This document shows positions 1 to 9,709 of a DNA stretch of 64,000 nt, piece after piece; within the stretch, counting starts at the first letter, position 1, and each line of letters begins with the position of its first letter. The notes beneath the pieces are model-generated. The model was given only the letters and a program-made list of their open reading frames with translations. It made no database searches and was not told where the DNA came from. Source of the DNA: an uncultured Gemmatimonadales bacterium (GTDB taxonomy: Bacteria > Gemmatimonadota > Gemmatimonadetes > Gemmatimonadales > GWC2-71-9); the NCBI GenBank assembly GCA_963730185.1, contig CAVSQW010000015.1:448001-512000 (forward strand). The letters are read 5' to 3'. Made by a program: the position numbers and the translations under genes.

Positions 1-1
1 C

Positions 2-277
2 AACGCCTGCCGGGTCTTCGACGAGCGCTGTATCCGGGGCACCGAGGCCGACGCGGCCCAATGCACTCACTGGCTGGAGCGGAGTCCGGCGCTGGTCACG
101 GCGCTCGCTCCCAAGATCGGCTACGCCGAGGCCGCCAAGCTGGCCAAGGAGGCGATCGCCACCGGGCTCACGGTGAAGGAGCTGGTCACCAAGAAGAAGG
201 TCCTCGAGGGCCAGGAGCTCGAGGCGGTGCTCGATCTCCGCGCCATGACCGAGCTCGGCGTTCCCGGGGAGAAGTGA
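2..277 (+). CDS. fumC: Class II fumarate hydratase / aspartase family, C-terminal fragment truncated by the window edge
   Basis: Manual frame-2 translation NACRVFDERCIRG...SPALVTALAPKIGYAEAAKLAKEA...LDLRAMT matches the fumarase C-terminal LVTAL.P.IGY motif; stop TGA at 275-277. Confidence 0.8.
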   Translation, partial: NACRVFDERCIRGTEADAAQCTHWLERSPALVTALAPKIGYAEAAKLAKEAIATGLTVKELVTKKKVLEGQELEAVLDLRAMTELGVPGEK

Positions 278-330
278 AGCTCTCGCGACCAGACCGGCGG
301 GGCTTCCGCTCCGCGGAAAGGATTCGATCC

Positions 331-1998
331 ATGAAGCGAATCGTCGTCACCCTCGCCCTCGGCGCGGCCCTGGTGGCCGGATCCGGAGGCGCCCTCACGG
401 CCCAGACCGTGGAACTCCACATCGGGCCCGGTCTCCTCGACGGTCCGGCCACCGGCCGGATGTTCGTCATCTTCTCGCGCGACGGCAGCCGCGAGCCCCG
501 CTTCGAAGCCGGGAGCTACAACGGCGGCGTGCCCTTCTTCGGCGTCGACGTCAGCGACCTCGCCGCCGGCCAGCCGGCGACGATCGACGCGTCGACCCTG
601 GGCTTTCCGGTCAAGAGCCTCAAGGACATTCCCGAGGGCGACTACTACGTGCAGGGCGTCTTCAACGTCTACACCAAGGTCACCCCCAAGCACGGGAAGA
701 CCATCTGGGTCCACTGGGACCAGTGGGAGGGCCAGCGCTGGAATCGCTCGCCCGGGAACCTGGTGAGCGAGGTCGAGAAGGTGCACTACGATCCCAACGG
801 CTCGAACCTCCAGGTCATCCTCACCAAGAAGCTGCCGCCGGTCGAGGTCCCGCCTGACACCAAGTGGGTCAAGCGGATCAAGATCCAAAGCAAGATGCTG
901 AGCGACTGGTGGGGCCGGCCGGTCTACGTCGGCGCCACCGTGCTACTACCCAAGGGCTTCGACGAGAACCCGTCCAAGAAATACCCCGCCATCTACATCC
1001 AGGGGCACTTCGGGGAGGGCGCCCCCTTCGGGTTCGACCCGGACGGCCGGGTCGAGACCGCCGCCCAGCGGGACTCCCGGCTGGAGCGGACCAGCCGCGA
1101 GACCGGCCGGGAGTTCGCCCAGTCGTGGATGAGCGACGACTTTCCCCGGATGGTGGCGATCTCCTTCCAGCATCCCACGCCCTACTACGACGACTCGTAC
1201 GCGGTCAACTCGGCCAACGACGGCCCCTACGGTGACGCCATCATTCAGGAGCTGATCCCGTACCTGGAGGCCAAGTTCCGGCTGACCCCCAGCCCCACGG
1301 CGCGCTACCTGACCGGCGGCTCGACCGGTGGCTGGGAGGCCCTGGCGCTTCAGATCCATCACCCCGACTTCTTCGGTGGCACCTGGGCGATGTATCCCGA
1401 CGCGGTGGATTTCCACCGCAACCAGATGATCAACAACTACGCCGACTCCAACGCCTTCTTCCCGAACGTGGAGCCGAACCAGTGGCTGATCCCGGAGCGG
1501 TACATGGCTCGGGAGCAGGACGGTCAGCCTCGAACGACCGTTCGGCAGTTGGCCCGGCTGGAGGAAGTGCTTGGCTCGCGGGTCAGGGGCGGCCAACAGC
1601 TCCAGGCCTACGACGCGGTGTACGGCCCGGTGGGCGAGGACGGCTACCCCAAGCCGCTGTTCGATCGCAACACGGGGACGATCGACAAGTCGGTCGCCGC
1701 CTACTGGCGTGACCACGGCTACGACCTGACCTACTACGTCAAGCAGAACTGGAGCAAGATCGGGAAGGACCTGGCCGGGAAGATCCACGTCTACGTCGGC
1801 GACATGGACAACTACTACCTCAATCTGGGTGTCTACGACCTCCAGGAGGCCCTGGCGACGGTCACCGAGCCGAAGGCCGACGCCGTCTTCGAGTTCGGCC
1901 GGCCGATGAAGCCCCACGGGTGGCAGCCGTTCACCAACGCCGAGATGGTCCGGATGATGGCCACCATGTCGAAGCATCGGCCCGCCGCGGATCAGTGA
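331..1998 (+). CDS. Secreted alpha/beta-hydrolase (putative esterase)
   Basis: ATG at 331 begins a signal peptide (MKRIVVTLALGAALVAG...TAQ); GGSTGG nucleophile elbow; C-terminal His in KPHGW. Confidence 0.8.
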   Translation: MKRIVVTLALGAALVAGSGGALTAQTVELHIGPGLLDGPATGRMFVIFSRDGSREPRFEAGSYNGGVPFFGVDVSDLAAGQPATIDASTLGFPVKSLKDIPEGDYYVQGVFNVYTKVTPKHGKTIWVHWDQWEGQRWNRSPGNLVSEVEKVHYDPNGSNLQVILTKKLPPVEVPPDTKWVKRIKIQSKMLSDWWGRPVYVGATVLLPKGFDENPSKKYPAIYIQGHFGEGAPFGFDPDGRVETAAQRDSRLERTSRETGREFAQSWMSDDFPRMVAISFQHPTPYYDDSYAVNSANDGPYGDAIIQELIPYLEAKFRLTPSPTARYLTGGSTGGWEALALQIHHPDFFGGTWAMYPDAVDFHRNQMINNYADSNAFFPNVEPNQWLIPERYMAREQDGQPRTTVRQLARLEEVLGSRVRGGQQLQAYDAVYGPVGEDGYPKPLFDRNTGTIDKSVAAYWRDHGYDLTYYVKQNWSKIGKDLAGKIHVYVGDMDNYYLNLGVYDLQEALATVTEPKADAVFEFGRPMKPHGWQPFTNAEMVRMMATMSKHRPAADQ

Positions 1999-3227
1999 CC
2001 CAGGCGTCGTCCGACGCGATGGCACCGGGGGGCGGGTCGGCGACCCGCCCCTTCGTCATGCTGGGGCTGATCGCCCTGGTCGAGCTGTTGGGGATGGCCG
2101 GCTGGTTCGCCGGGGGCGCCGCCGCCCACGAGCTCGCGCTTCGCTGGCAGCTCGATCGGGTCGACGTGGCCTGGCTCACCTCCACCGTGCAGCTCGGGTT
2201 CGTGACCGGAACCCTGATGGCGGCGGTGCTCAATCTTCCCGACCTGATCCCCAACCGTTGGTACCTGGCTGGGTCGGCCGCGGGGGCGGGGCTGGTCAAC
2301 GCCAGCCTGCTGCTCGTGGACGGGTTCGGTCCGGCGCTCGTGACCCGGTTCTTCCTGGGGTTCTTTCTGGCGGGGGTCTACCCACCCGCCATGAAGATGG
2401 CCGCCACCTGGTTCCGGAGCCGGCGGGGCTTCGCGATCGGCACCGTGGTCGGCGCGCTCACCGTCGGCAAGGCCTCGCCCTACCTGGTCGAGGCGCTGGG
2501 CGGCCTGGGGCTCGAGGCCGTGATCGGAAGCACCGCCGCCGCCGCCCTGGTGGCGGCCGGGCTGGTCGCCGGCCTCTACCGAGACGGCCCCCACGCCTTC
2601 CCCCGCCGGCCGTTCTCCTGGCGGCTGGTGGGCGACGTGGCCCGGGTGCCCGAGCTCCGGCTGGCCACCGCCGGGTATCTCGGCCACATGTGGGAGCTCT
2701 ACGCCTTCTGGGGCTTCGTGGCCGCCTACTGGACGGCTTCGCTGGCGGCCGGCGGCCGCCCGCCGGCGCCAACGCTGGTGGGCGCCCTCACCTTCGCCAG
2801 CATCGCCATCGGGGTGGTCGGCTGCGTGTGGGGCGGCGTTGCCGCCGACCGGGTTGGGCGCGAGAAGGTAGTGCTCTGGTCGCTCGCGGTGAGCGGGACC
2901 GCGGCCGTGGTGTCGCCCCTGGTGTTCGGTCGGGCCCTCCCGATAACCCTGGCGGTGATCCTGGTCTGGGGCGTGGCCGTCATCGCCGATTCGGCCCAGT
3001 ACAGCGCGCTGGTCACCGAGCTGGCTCCACCCCACGCGGTCGGCACGGCCCTCACGCTCCAGACCTCGATCGGGTTCCTCCTGACGATGGCCGCCATCCA
3101 GTCCGTCGCCCTGCTCGGCGGCCCCGCCACGCCATGGGCCTTCCCGATGCTGGCTCTGGGCCCGGTGGCGGGCGCGGCCGCGATCTGGCGTTTGGCCGTG
3201 AGGAGGAGACGAGGGGAGACGGGGTGA
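1995..3227 (+). CDS. MFS transporter
   Basis: About 12 hydrophobic segments; GVAADRVGRE (MFS motif A-like); GTGA overlap with the upstream stop. Confidence 0.85.
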   Translation: MTQASSDAMAPGGGSATRPFVMLGLIALVELLGMAGWFAGGAAAHELALRWQLDRVDVAWLTSTVQLGFVTGTLMAAVLNLPDLIPNRWYLAGSAAGAGLVNASLLLVDGFGPALVTRFFLGFFLAGVYPPAMKMAATWFRSRRGFAIGTVVGALTVGKASPYLVEALGGLGLEAVIGSTAAAALVAAGLVAGLYRDGPHAFPRRPFSWRLVGDVARVPELRLATAGYLGHMWELYAFWGFVAAYWTASLAAGGRPPAPTLVGALTFASIAIGVVGCVWGGVAADRVGREKVVLWSLAVSGTAAVVSPLVFGRALPITLAVILVWGVAVIADSAQYSALVTELAPPHAVGTALTLQTSIGFLLTMAAIQSVALLGGPATPWAFPMLALGPVAGAAAIWRLAVRRRRGETG

Positions 3228-3393
3228 GACGGGGAGGGACGGGGAGCGACGCGGGGAGGCTCGCGATTCGCGGGACGACGAGCCGCGAGGACCCTCGTAA
3301 TCCTGTCGCCCCCCATCTCCCCCCATCTCCCCCCCATCTCCCCCAATCTCCCCCCCATCTCCCCCCATCCCCTCCGTCTCCCCCCGTCCCCCC
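3201..3393. repeat. Inverted pair of ~10-bp tandem arrays: G-rich (GGGGNGAGAC-like x5, 3201-3250) and C-rich (RTCTCCCCCC-like x~8, 3305-3393)
   Basis: Read directly from the sequence; the two unit types are approximate reverse complements. Confidence 0.85.
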
Positions 3394-3417
3394 GAACATT
3401 CGCTATATTCCCCCGAC

Positions 3418-3876
3418 ATGCGGATCACTACATGGACCGAGTACAGTCTCATCATCACCCTCCATCTGGCCCGGAGGGGGAACGAGACCAGTCCCGTCGC
3501 CGCCCGTGAGCTGGCCGAGTCCGAGCGGCTGCCGGGCGACTACGTCGAGCAGATCCTGCTCCGGCTCCGCCGGGCGGGGATCGTCGAGAGTGTGCGAGGC
3601 GCCCGGGGCGGCTACTTCCTGTCCCGCGATCCCGGCTCCATCTCGGTCCGCGACGTCATGACCGCCTCAGAGCACCAAACCTTCGAGATGAACTGCGACA
3701 CCCATCCGGTCGACGCCGAGCGGTGCTCGCCGGGGAGCGGCTGCGCCATCCGACCGGTCTGGCAGACGTTGCAGCAGCGGATCGACGACTTCCTGGGGAG
3801 CGTCTCGCTGGCCGACCTCCTACGCGACGCCCCGTCCACGCCGGACCTGGTCCCGCTCGAGTCGCCATCGGCCTGA
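3418..3876 (+). CDS. Rrf2 family transcriptional regulator (IscR/CymR-like, three Cys)
   Basis: YVEQILLRLRRAGIVESVRGARGGYFL winged-HTH signature; C..C..C cluster before RPVW. Confidence 0.9.
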   Translation: MRITTWTEYSLIITLHLARRGNETSPVAARELAESERLPGDYVEQILLRLRRAGIVESVRGARGGYFLSRDPGSISVRDVMTASEHQTFEMNCDTHPVDAERCSPGSGCAIRPVWQTLQQRIDDFLGSVSLADLLRDAPSTPDLVPLESPSA

Positions 3877-3913
3877 CCGCTCCGATCGTCCCGCCGGCCT
3901 GTTTTCTCCTGGC

Positions 3914-5043
3914 ATGCCCGAGCTCGACCACGAATCGCTGATCCGGTATTCGCGCCACCTGACCCTGCCCGAGGTCGGGGTCGAGGGCCAGGCGCGCCTT
4001 CGGGGGGCCCGGGTGCTATTGGTCGGGGCCGGCGGACTCGGGTCGCCCGCGGCCCTCTACCTGGCCGCGGCCGGAGTCGGCACGCTGGGGCTGGTCGAGT
4101 TCGACCGGGTCGACGCCACCAACCTCCAGCGCCAGGTCCTCCACGGCACCAGCTGGATCGGGCGGCCCAAGCTCGAGTCGGCGGTGGCCCGGCTTCATGA
4201 CCTCAATCCCGACGTGACCGTCGAACCCATCCCCGAGAGGCTGACCTCGGCCAACGCCCGGAAGATCGTGGCGGACTATCAGCTGACGCTCGACGGGAGC
4301 GACAACTTCCCGACCCGCTACCTCGTGAACGACGCCTCGGTCCTCCTGGGCAAGCCTTACGTCTACGGCAGCATCCTCCGCTTCGACGGCCAGCTCTCCG
4401 TGTTCGGCGCGCCGGGGGGCCCTGCTACCGCTGTCTCTTCGCGGAGCCGCCGCCGCCCGATCTGGTGCCGAGCTGCGCCGAGGCGGGCGTGCTGGGGGTG
4501 TTGCCTGGCGTCGTCGGCACCCTGATGGCAACCGAGGCGATCAAGCTGATCCTCGGCGTCGGGGAGCCGCTGGTCGGGCGCCTGGTCCTCTACGACGCTC
4601 TCAAGGCGCGCTTCCGGGAGCTGGCCGTCCGGCGCGACCCCGCCTGCGCCGTGTGCGGCGACCGGCCCACGGTCCGCGAGCTCCAGGACTACGAGGCCTT
4701 CTGCGGGGTGCTCTCGGGGAACGACGGCGCGGTGGAGATGTCGGTGGACGACCTGGCCCGCCGGCGCGAGGCCGGGAGCGCGCCCCAGATCGTGGACGTG
4801 CGCGAAGGGTGGGAATGGGGGATCGCCCGGATCGAGGGATCCCGGCACATTCCCCTCGGCGAGCTGGCGGGCGGCCTCGGATCCCTCGACCCCCGCCGCG
4901 AGGTGGTGACAGTCTGCCACCACGGCGTCCGCTCGCTGGCGGCCCAGCAGCTCCTGAGCGGCGCCGGGTTCAGGGCCTGGAGTCTCGCGGGCGGGATCGA
5001 TGCGTGGGCTCGCGCCGTCGAGCCCACCATGGCGCGGTACTGA
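3914..5043 (+). CDS. moeB: MoeB/ThiF adenylyltransferase with C-terminal rhodanese domain (apparent frameshift ~4420)
   Basis: RYSRHL, GAGGLG, NLQRQ; GPCYRC is restored by adding one C at 4420-4422; PSCAEAGV and rhodanese CHHGVRS lie in the second frame. Confidence 0.88.
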
Positions 5044-5052
5044 GCGCCGCCG

Positions 5053-6081
5053 TCAGGGCTCGCCCGGCTTCCGCTTCAGAAATCGGTAGTTCTCCAGTGT
5101 CCGGATATCCAGGACCACGCGCCGGTCCGGGTTGCGATTGGTGGTCCGGCAGGCGGCCCGTCCCTCGACCACCAGGGTGGGGGCGATCGGCGTGAAGTCG
5201 ACCACGCAGACCGAGCTGATGACCGGCGCCTTCTCTCGAAGGTGGATCAGGCTGATCTCGGCCCGCCGGAGCACCGACGTGGCGGCGTCGAGGCTCAGCG
5301 TGCCCTCCCAGTCCGGCGACGTGGTGCCGGGATCGGGAACGAATCGGACTTGATCCACCGGGGTCTCGCCGATCGAGTCGGTGCCCGCGTACCAGAAGCA
5401 GTGGTGCTTCTGGAACTCGGAGCGGGCCACGTCGGAGACGCTCATCAGCTGGACCAGGCCGAGCGCGTTTACCACCTCACCCGCCCGATACACGTCGAGA
5501 TGGCGGCTCGGCGCGGTATACCGCCTGACGAACGGGCGGTGCCGGTTGCCGCCCACGTCCTCCGTCTGGGTCAGGTGCTGGGTCTCGACCTCGAAGGGGT
5601 ACTCGTGTTCGAGCGTGGCGATCCGGTCCACGTTGGCCCGGACCCGCTCCATCACGCCGCCCTCGGCGGCCGCCGCGGCCAATCCCGGTGTACACCGGGC
5701 GGGGTCGCCGTGGACCACGATCTCGGGGAGCTCGAGGCGGCGCCGGGCGATCACCAGGGTCACCGTGCCCGGGGCGTCGGCGTCGTCCACGACAGCGAGG
5801 TCGGCCTCCACGGCGGCATAGCCGATCTGCTGCACCCTGATCCGATAGGTGCGCCGGTCCAGGCCGGCGAGCGTAAACCGGCCCGATTCGGCGGCGAAGA
5901 GGCGCCGCGATGGGGAAGGGAGGATGATCAGCGCGTAGGGGACGGGCGCCTGGGTCAGGCTGTCGATCACGCGCCCGTGAACGGCGCCGTCCTGGCGGCG
6001 GACCCGAAGCTGCGCCAGCGCCGGATGGGCTCCGATCAGCGCCAGCGCGCCAACCGCCAAGACTCGCCACGACCACACCAT
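5053..6081 (-). CDS. Exported protein with carboxypeptidase-regulatory-like N-terminal domain
   Basis: Signal peptide ending ALA-Q, then GRVIDSLTQAPVPYALI...SGRFTL...IRVQQIGY...LPEIVV; start placed at the ATG just past the tRNA. Confidence 0.7.
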   Translation of the reverse strand: MVWSWRVLAVGALALIGAHPALAQLRVRRQDGAVHGRVIDSLTQAPVPYALIILPSPSRRLFAAESGRFTLAGLDRRTYRIRVQQIGYAAVEADLAVVDDADAPGTVTLVIARRRLELPEIVVHGDPARCTPGLAAAAAEGGVMERVRANVDRIATLEHEYPFEVETQHLTQTEDVGGNRHRPFVRRYTAPSRHLDVYRAGEVVNALGLVQLMSVSDVARSEFQKHHCFWYAGTDSIGETPVDQVRFVPDPGTTSPDWEGTLSLDAATSVLRRAEISLIHLREKAPVISSVCVVDFTPIAPTLVVEGRAACRTTNRNPDRRVVLDIRTLENYRFLKRKPGEP

Positions 6082-6085
6082 CGAG

Positions 6086-6169
6086 TGCCGAAGGGGGGAT
6101 TCGAACCCCCACGGGCTTGCGCCCACTGCGCCCTGAACGCAGCGCGTCTACCAGTTCCACCACTCCGGC
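6086..6169 (-). tRNA. tRNA-Leu (anticodon CAG), CCA not encoded
   Basis: Acceptor stem GCCGGAG/CTTCGGC+A; anticodon arm CTGCG-TTCAGGG-CGCAG; long variable arm; T arm GGGGG-TTCGAAT-CCCCC. Confidence 0.95.
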
Positions 6170-6179
6170 AGGACGGGAA

Positions 6180-6208
6180 ATTGTAGAAGCCCGTCGGCCG
6201 GATGGCAA
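6180..6208 (-). promoter_or_regulatory. Sigma70-type promoter of tRNA-Leu
   Basis: TTGCCA-17 nt-TACAAT on the minus strand, 10 nt upstream of the tRNA. Confidence 0.75.
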
Positions 6209-6371
6209 TGCGGCGGTCGCGCCACCCGGGCCGTCGAGCGGCCCGGCGGCCATGGGGTCGAGCCCCCGGCGGCCGTCCTCGACCGATCGCTCGGGCGCCG
6301 GTCCGCGGTCCGGAAGTCGGGCCTCGTGTTCTGCGAGCCCGGCTCCTGGAGCTGGCCCTGGAGCCGAGCCG

Positions 6372-6400
6372 TTGCCTAACGGAGCCCCGTTGCCTATCTT
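6372..6400 (+). promoter_or_regulatory. Sigma70-type promoter of smpB operon
   Basis: TTGCCT-17 nt-TATCTT, 18 nt before the ATG. Confidence 0.6.
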
Positions 6401-6418
6401 GCTGCCAGAGCGTGAGTT

Positions 6419-6904
6419 ATGAGCCAGCAAGCTAACAAAACCGCGGAGGAGAACGGACGGGTCTCGGTGGCACGAAATCCGCGGGCGACTCACGACTACC
6501 ACGTGATGGACACGATGGAGGCGGGGATCGTCCTCACCGGCACCGAAGTGAAGAGCCTGCGGCAGCGGAAAGCCTCGATCAAGGAGGCCTTCGGAGTCCT
6601 CCGTCGTGGTGAGGTTTGGCTCGAGGGGATGCACATCACGCCGTACGAGCAGGGCAACCGGTACAACCACGAGCCGGTTCGCTCGCGGAAGCTCCTCCTG
6701 CATCGCCGGGAGATCGAGCGGTTGATCGGCTCGGTGGAGCAGAAGGGCTTTGCTCTGGTTCCGCTCGAAGTGTATTTCCGGAAGGGGCACGCGAAGGTGA
6801 CGCTGGCGTTGGGCAAGGGCAAGAAGACCCACGATCGACGGGAAGACCTCAAGCGGCGGATCGCGGACCGGGAGGTCGCCCGGGCGCTCCGAGGGCGGGG
6901 CTGA
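6419..6904 (+). CDS. smpB: SsrA-binding protein
   Basis: EAGIVLTGTEVKSLR, RKLLLHRREI, GKGKKTHDRRE motifs. Confidence 0.97.
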   Translation: MSQQANKTAEENGRVSVARNPRATHDYHVMDTMEAGIVLTGTEVKSLRQRKASIKEAFGVLRRGEVWLEGMHITPYEQGNRYNHEPVRSRKLLLHRREIERLIGSVEQKGFALVPLEVYFRKGHAKVTLALGKGKKTHDRREDLKRRIADREVARALRGRG

Positions 6905-8158
6905 TGATCGGCCTGGCCCTCGCTGTCGCGTTGGCGTACCCGCCGGTGGTGGCGCCACCGCCGCCCCCCATCGCGGCGCCGATGACGCTTCTGGTCGCCA
7001 CCGCGCGCGGCGACATCCGGGTGGCCGTCCATCTCGATCCCGAGTTCGGCCCGGTGGTGTCCGCTCCGATCCTGATCCCGGCCCTGGGCGGGCGGCTGGC
7101 CGTCGACGGGGCCTGGGCCGAGGTCGAAGTGGCCCGGCAGCCGTTCCGGCTCCTGTTGGGAGCCCCGGTCTACGCGATCGGCAAGCTGATCAAGCCGCTG
7201 GTGGGCGCCGCCATGGTTCGCCGTGACACCCTCCTGCTCCCGATCGATTTCGTCACCCGGGTCATTCCCGCCGAGCTGAAAGAGCGCTACCGCTACGAGC
7301 CCGAGGCCGGGCGATTGGTGGAATTGGCCGGCCGCACGGCCGGCCCGGCCCTCCTGGCGGCCGCGAAGGACCCCAACCGGCTGCCCAACGGCCTCCGGAA
7401 AGGCCACGTCGTCACCGTCGACGCCGGTCACGGCGGGGTCGACCCCGGGAATCCCGGACTCTTCTTTCCCCGGGGGGTGACCGAGTCCGACGTGACCCTG
7501 CAGGTCAGCCTCCTCCTCCGCGAGGAGCTGCTCAAGCGGGGTATCGGCGTAATCATGACCCGCACCACCGACACCCTGATCGACCTGGGCCACCGGGGCA
7601 GCTACTGCAGCGGCCGGTGCGATCTCTTCGTGAGCATCCACGTCAACTCGCTGCCCCGGCGGGCCGGATACACGAGCGTCCGCGGGTTCGAGACCTACTT
7701 CCTCGCCGAGGCCAAGACCGAGGACGCCGCCCGGGTGGCCCGGATGGAGAACGAGGCCGTTCGCTTCGATGCGTCGCGCCCAGGAGCTCGAGCAGGGCAA
7801 CGGCCTCGATTTCATCCTCAAGGACCTCCAGCTCAACGAGCACCTTCGCGAATCGGGCCGGCTGGCCGAGCTGATCCAGTCGCACATGGCCGAAGTGCAG
7901 ACCGGCCCGGATCGGGGGGTGAAGCAGGGCGGACTGATGGTGCTCACGACCGCCCGCCGGCCCGCCGTGCTGGTCGAGCTCGGTTACGCGACCAACCGCC
8001 AGGACGCGGCCCTGATGACCGCCCGCCGGTCGCAGCGGAACCTGGCGTCGTCGATCGCCGACGGGATCGTGTCCTACCTCCTCGAGTACGAGCGGCGGGC
8101 CGGTCTGGCCTCGCCTGAAGCGGAAGCGCGGGCCGGATCCGGAGCGGGCCGCGAGTGA
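6904..8158 (+). CDS. N-acetylmuramoyl-L-alanine amidase (Amidase_3; apparent frameshift ~7775)
   Basis: VDAGHGGVDPG, LFVSIHVNS, GFETYFL, ARMENE in frame 1; PAVLVELGY in the second frame. Confidence 0.88.
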
Positions 8159-9033
8159 CGGCGCCTCCGGCGACCGGACCCATCACCCTCGTCGGCCTTT
8201 CATTTCAGAATCCCATCCTCCTCGCCGCCGGCACTGCCGGCTTCGGCCGGGAGCTGGCCGGGACGATCGACCTCGATGCCCTGGGTGGTCTCGTGACCAA
8301 GGCCGTGTCGTTGGCGCCCCGCTCGGGCAACGCCGCGCCTCGGGTGGGTGAGTTTTCCGGGGGCATGGTCAACTCGGTAGGGCTGGCCAATCCCGGCCTG
8401 GCCCGGGTCGTGGCCGACGAGCTGCCCTGGCTCGCAGCGCACCTCGATCGGGCCCGGGTCCTCGCCAACGTGGTCGGCTTCACCGACGACGAGTACGGTC
8501 GGGTGGTCGAGGGTCTCGAGGCCGCTCCGTCGCTGGCGGGCTACGAGCTCAACCTCTCCTGCCCGAACACGTCCGCCGGAGGGATCGAGTTCGGCGCCGA
8601 TCCGGAGGCGGTGGCGCGGATCGTCGCCGATTGCCGGGGTCGGACCCGGCGCCCCCTGTTCGTGAAGCTCTCGCCCGCGCTCCCCGACATCCCCGGGCTG
8701 GCGGCGGCCGCGGTTGCCGCCGGCGCGGATGGCATTAGCGTAGTGAATACCATGCCCGGACTGATCTTCGAAGGCTCCCATCCCCGGCTCGGCAACGGTC
8801 ACGGCGGCGTGAGCGGCCCGGCCCTGCTGCCGGTCGGGCTGCTGGCGACCGCGCGGGTCCGGCGGCGGCTTCCCGAGGTGCCGATCATCGGAGTCGGCGG
8901 CGTGACCACGCTCGAGCACGTCGACCAGTATCTCCGGGCGGGCGCCAACCTGGTGGCGATCGGGACTGGCGGGCTGGCCGCGCCCCGCCTCCCCGAGCGG
9001 CTGGCTCGCGCCTGGATGGCCCGTCGTGGCTGA
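8155..9033 (+). CDS. pyrD: Dihydroorotate dehydrogenase, class 1 catalytic subunit
   Basis: NSVGLANPG, ELNLSCPN, VKLSP, GGVSGPA. Confidence 0.92.
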   Translation: MTAPPATGPITLVGLSFQNPILLAAGTAGFGRELAGTIDLDALGGLVTKAVSLAPRSGNAAPRVGEFSGGMVNSVGLANPGLARVVADELPWLAAHLDRARVLANVVGFTDDEYGRVVEGLEAAPSLAGYELNLSCPNTSAGGIEFGADPEAVARIVADCRGRTRRPLFVKLSPALPDIPGLAAAAVAAGADGISVVNTMPGLIFEGSHPRLGNGHGGVSGPALLPVGLLATARVRRRLPEVPIIGVGGVTTLEHVDQYLRAGANLVAIGTGGLAAPRLPERLARAWMARRG

Positions 9034-9709
9034 GCTGATCCTGGCCCTGGACCGGCCCGACCCGGACGACGCCCGGGCGATGGTGGAGCGCATTGGCGGG
9101 CTGGAGTGGGTGAAGATCGGGTCGGTCCTCTTTACCCGGGGCGGGCCCCCGCTGGTGGGATGGCTCCGCGATCGGGGGCACCGAGTCTTCCTCGACCTCA
9201 AGTGGCACGACATCCCCAACACGGTGCGCGGAGCGGTAGCCAACGCCCGGGTCATGGGGGTCTCGATGATCACGGTCCACACGCTCGGCGGCCGGGCCAT
9301 GCTGGAGGCCGCGCGCGACGCCGCCGGCTTCGATCTCCAGGTGGTCGGCGTGACGGTGCTGACCTCACACGACCTGGCCGGATATACCGAGGCGGTCGGC
9401 TGCCGGCCGGCCGGGCTCGCGGACGAAGCCGGCCGGTTGGCGACCCTGGCCCGCTCAGCTGGGCTGGACGGGGTGGTCTGTTCGCCGCTCGAGGCGGCGG
9501 CCCTTCGCGCCACCTTGGGGCCCGAAGCCTTGCTGGTTACCCCCGGGATTCGGGCCGCCGGGTCCGCCCCCGGCGATCAGGCGCGTGTGGCCACCGCGGC
9601 GGCCGCCGTCCAGGCGGGGGCCAGCCACCTGGTGGTGGGCCGTCCGGTGCTCGAGGCCGCCGATCCCGGCCTGGCGTGGGCGGCCCTCCGGGCGGAGGTG
9701 GCCGGATGA
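9026..9709 (+). CDS. pyrF: Orotidine-5'-phosphate decarboxylase
   Basis: FLDLKWHDIPNTV, VTVLTS, VTPGIR, VVGR. Confidence 0.95.
   Translation: MAELILALDRPDPDDARAMVERIGGLEWVKIGSVLFTRGGPPLVGWLRDRGHRVFLDLKWHDIPNTVRGAVANARVMGVSMITVHTLGGRAMLEAARDAAGFDLQVVGVTVLTSHDLAGYTEAVGCRPAGLADEAGRLATLARSAGLDGVVCSPLEAAALRATLGPEALLVTPGIRAAGSAPGDQARVATAAAAVQAGASHLVVGRPVLEAADPGLAWAALRAEVAG

Noticed and set aside
5053..6169. Prophage or genomic island integrated at tRNA-Leu
   Set aside because: No integrase, no duplicated tRNA 3' end noticed, and no compositional shift
6170..6418. tmRNA next to smpB
   Set aside because: The interval is short and occupied by two promoters; no tRNA-like ends or tag ORF recognised
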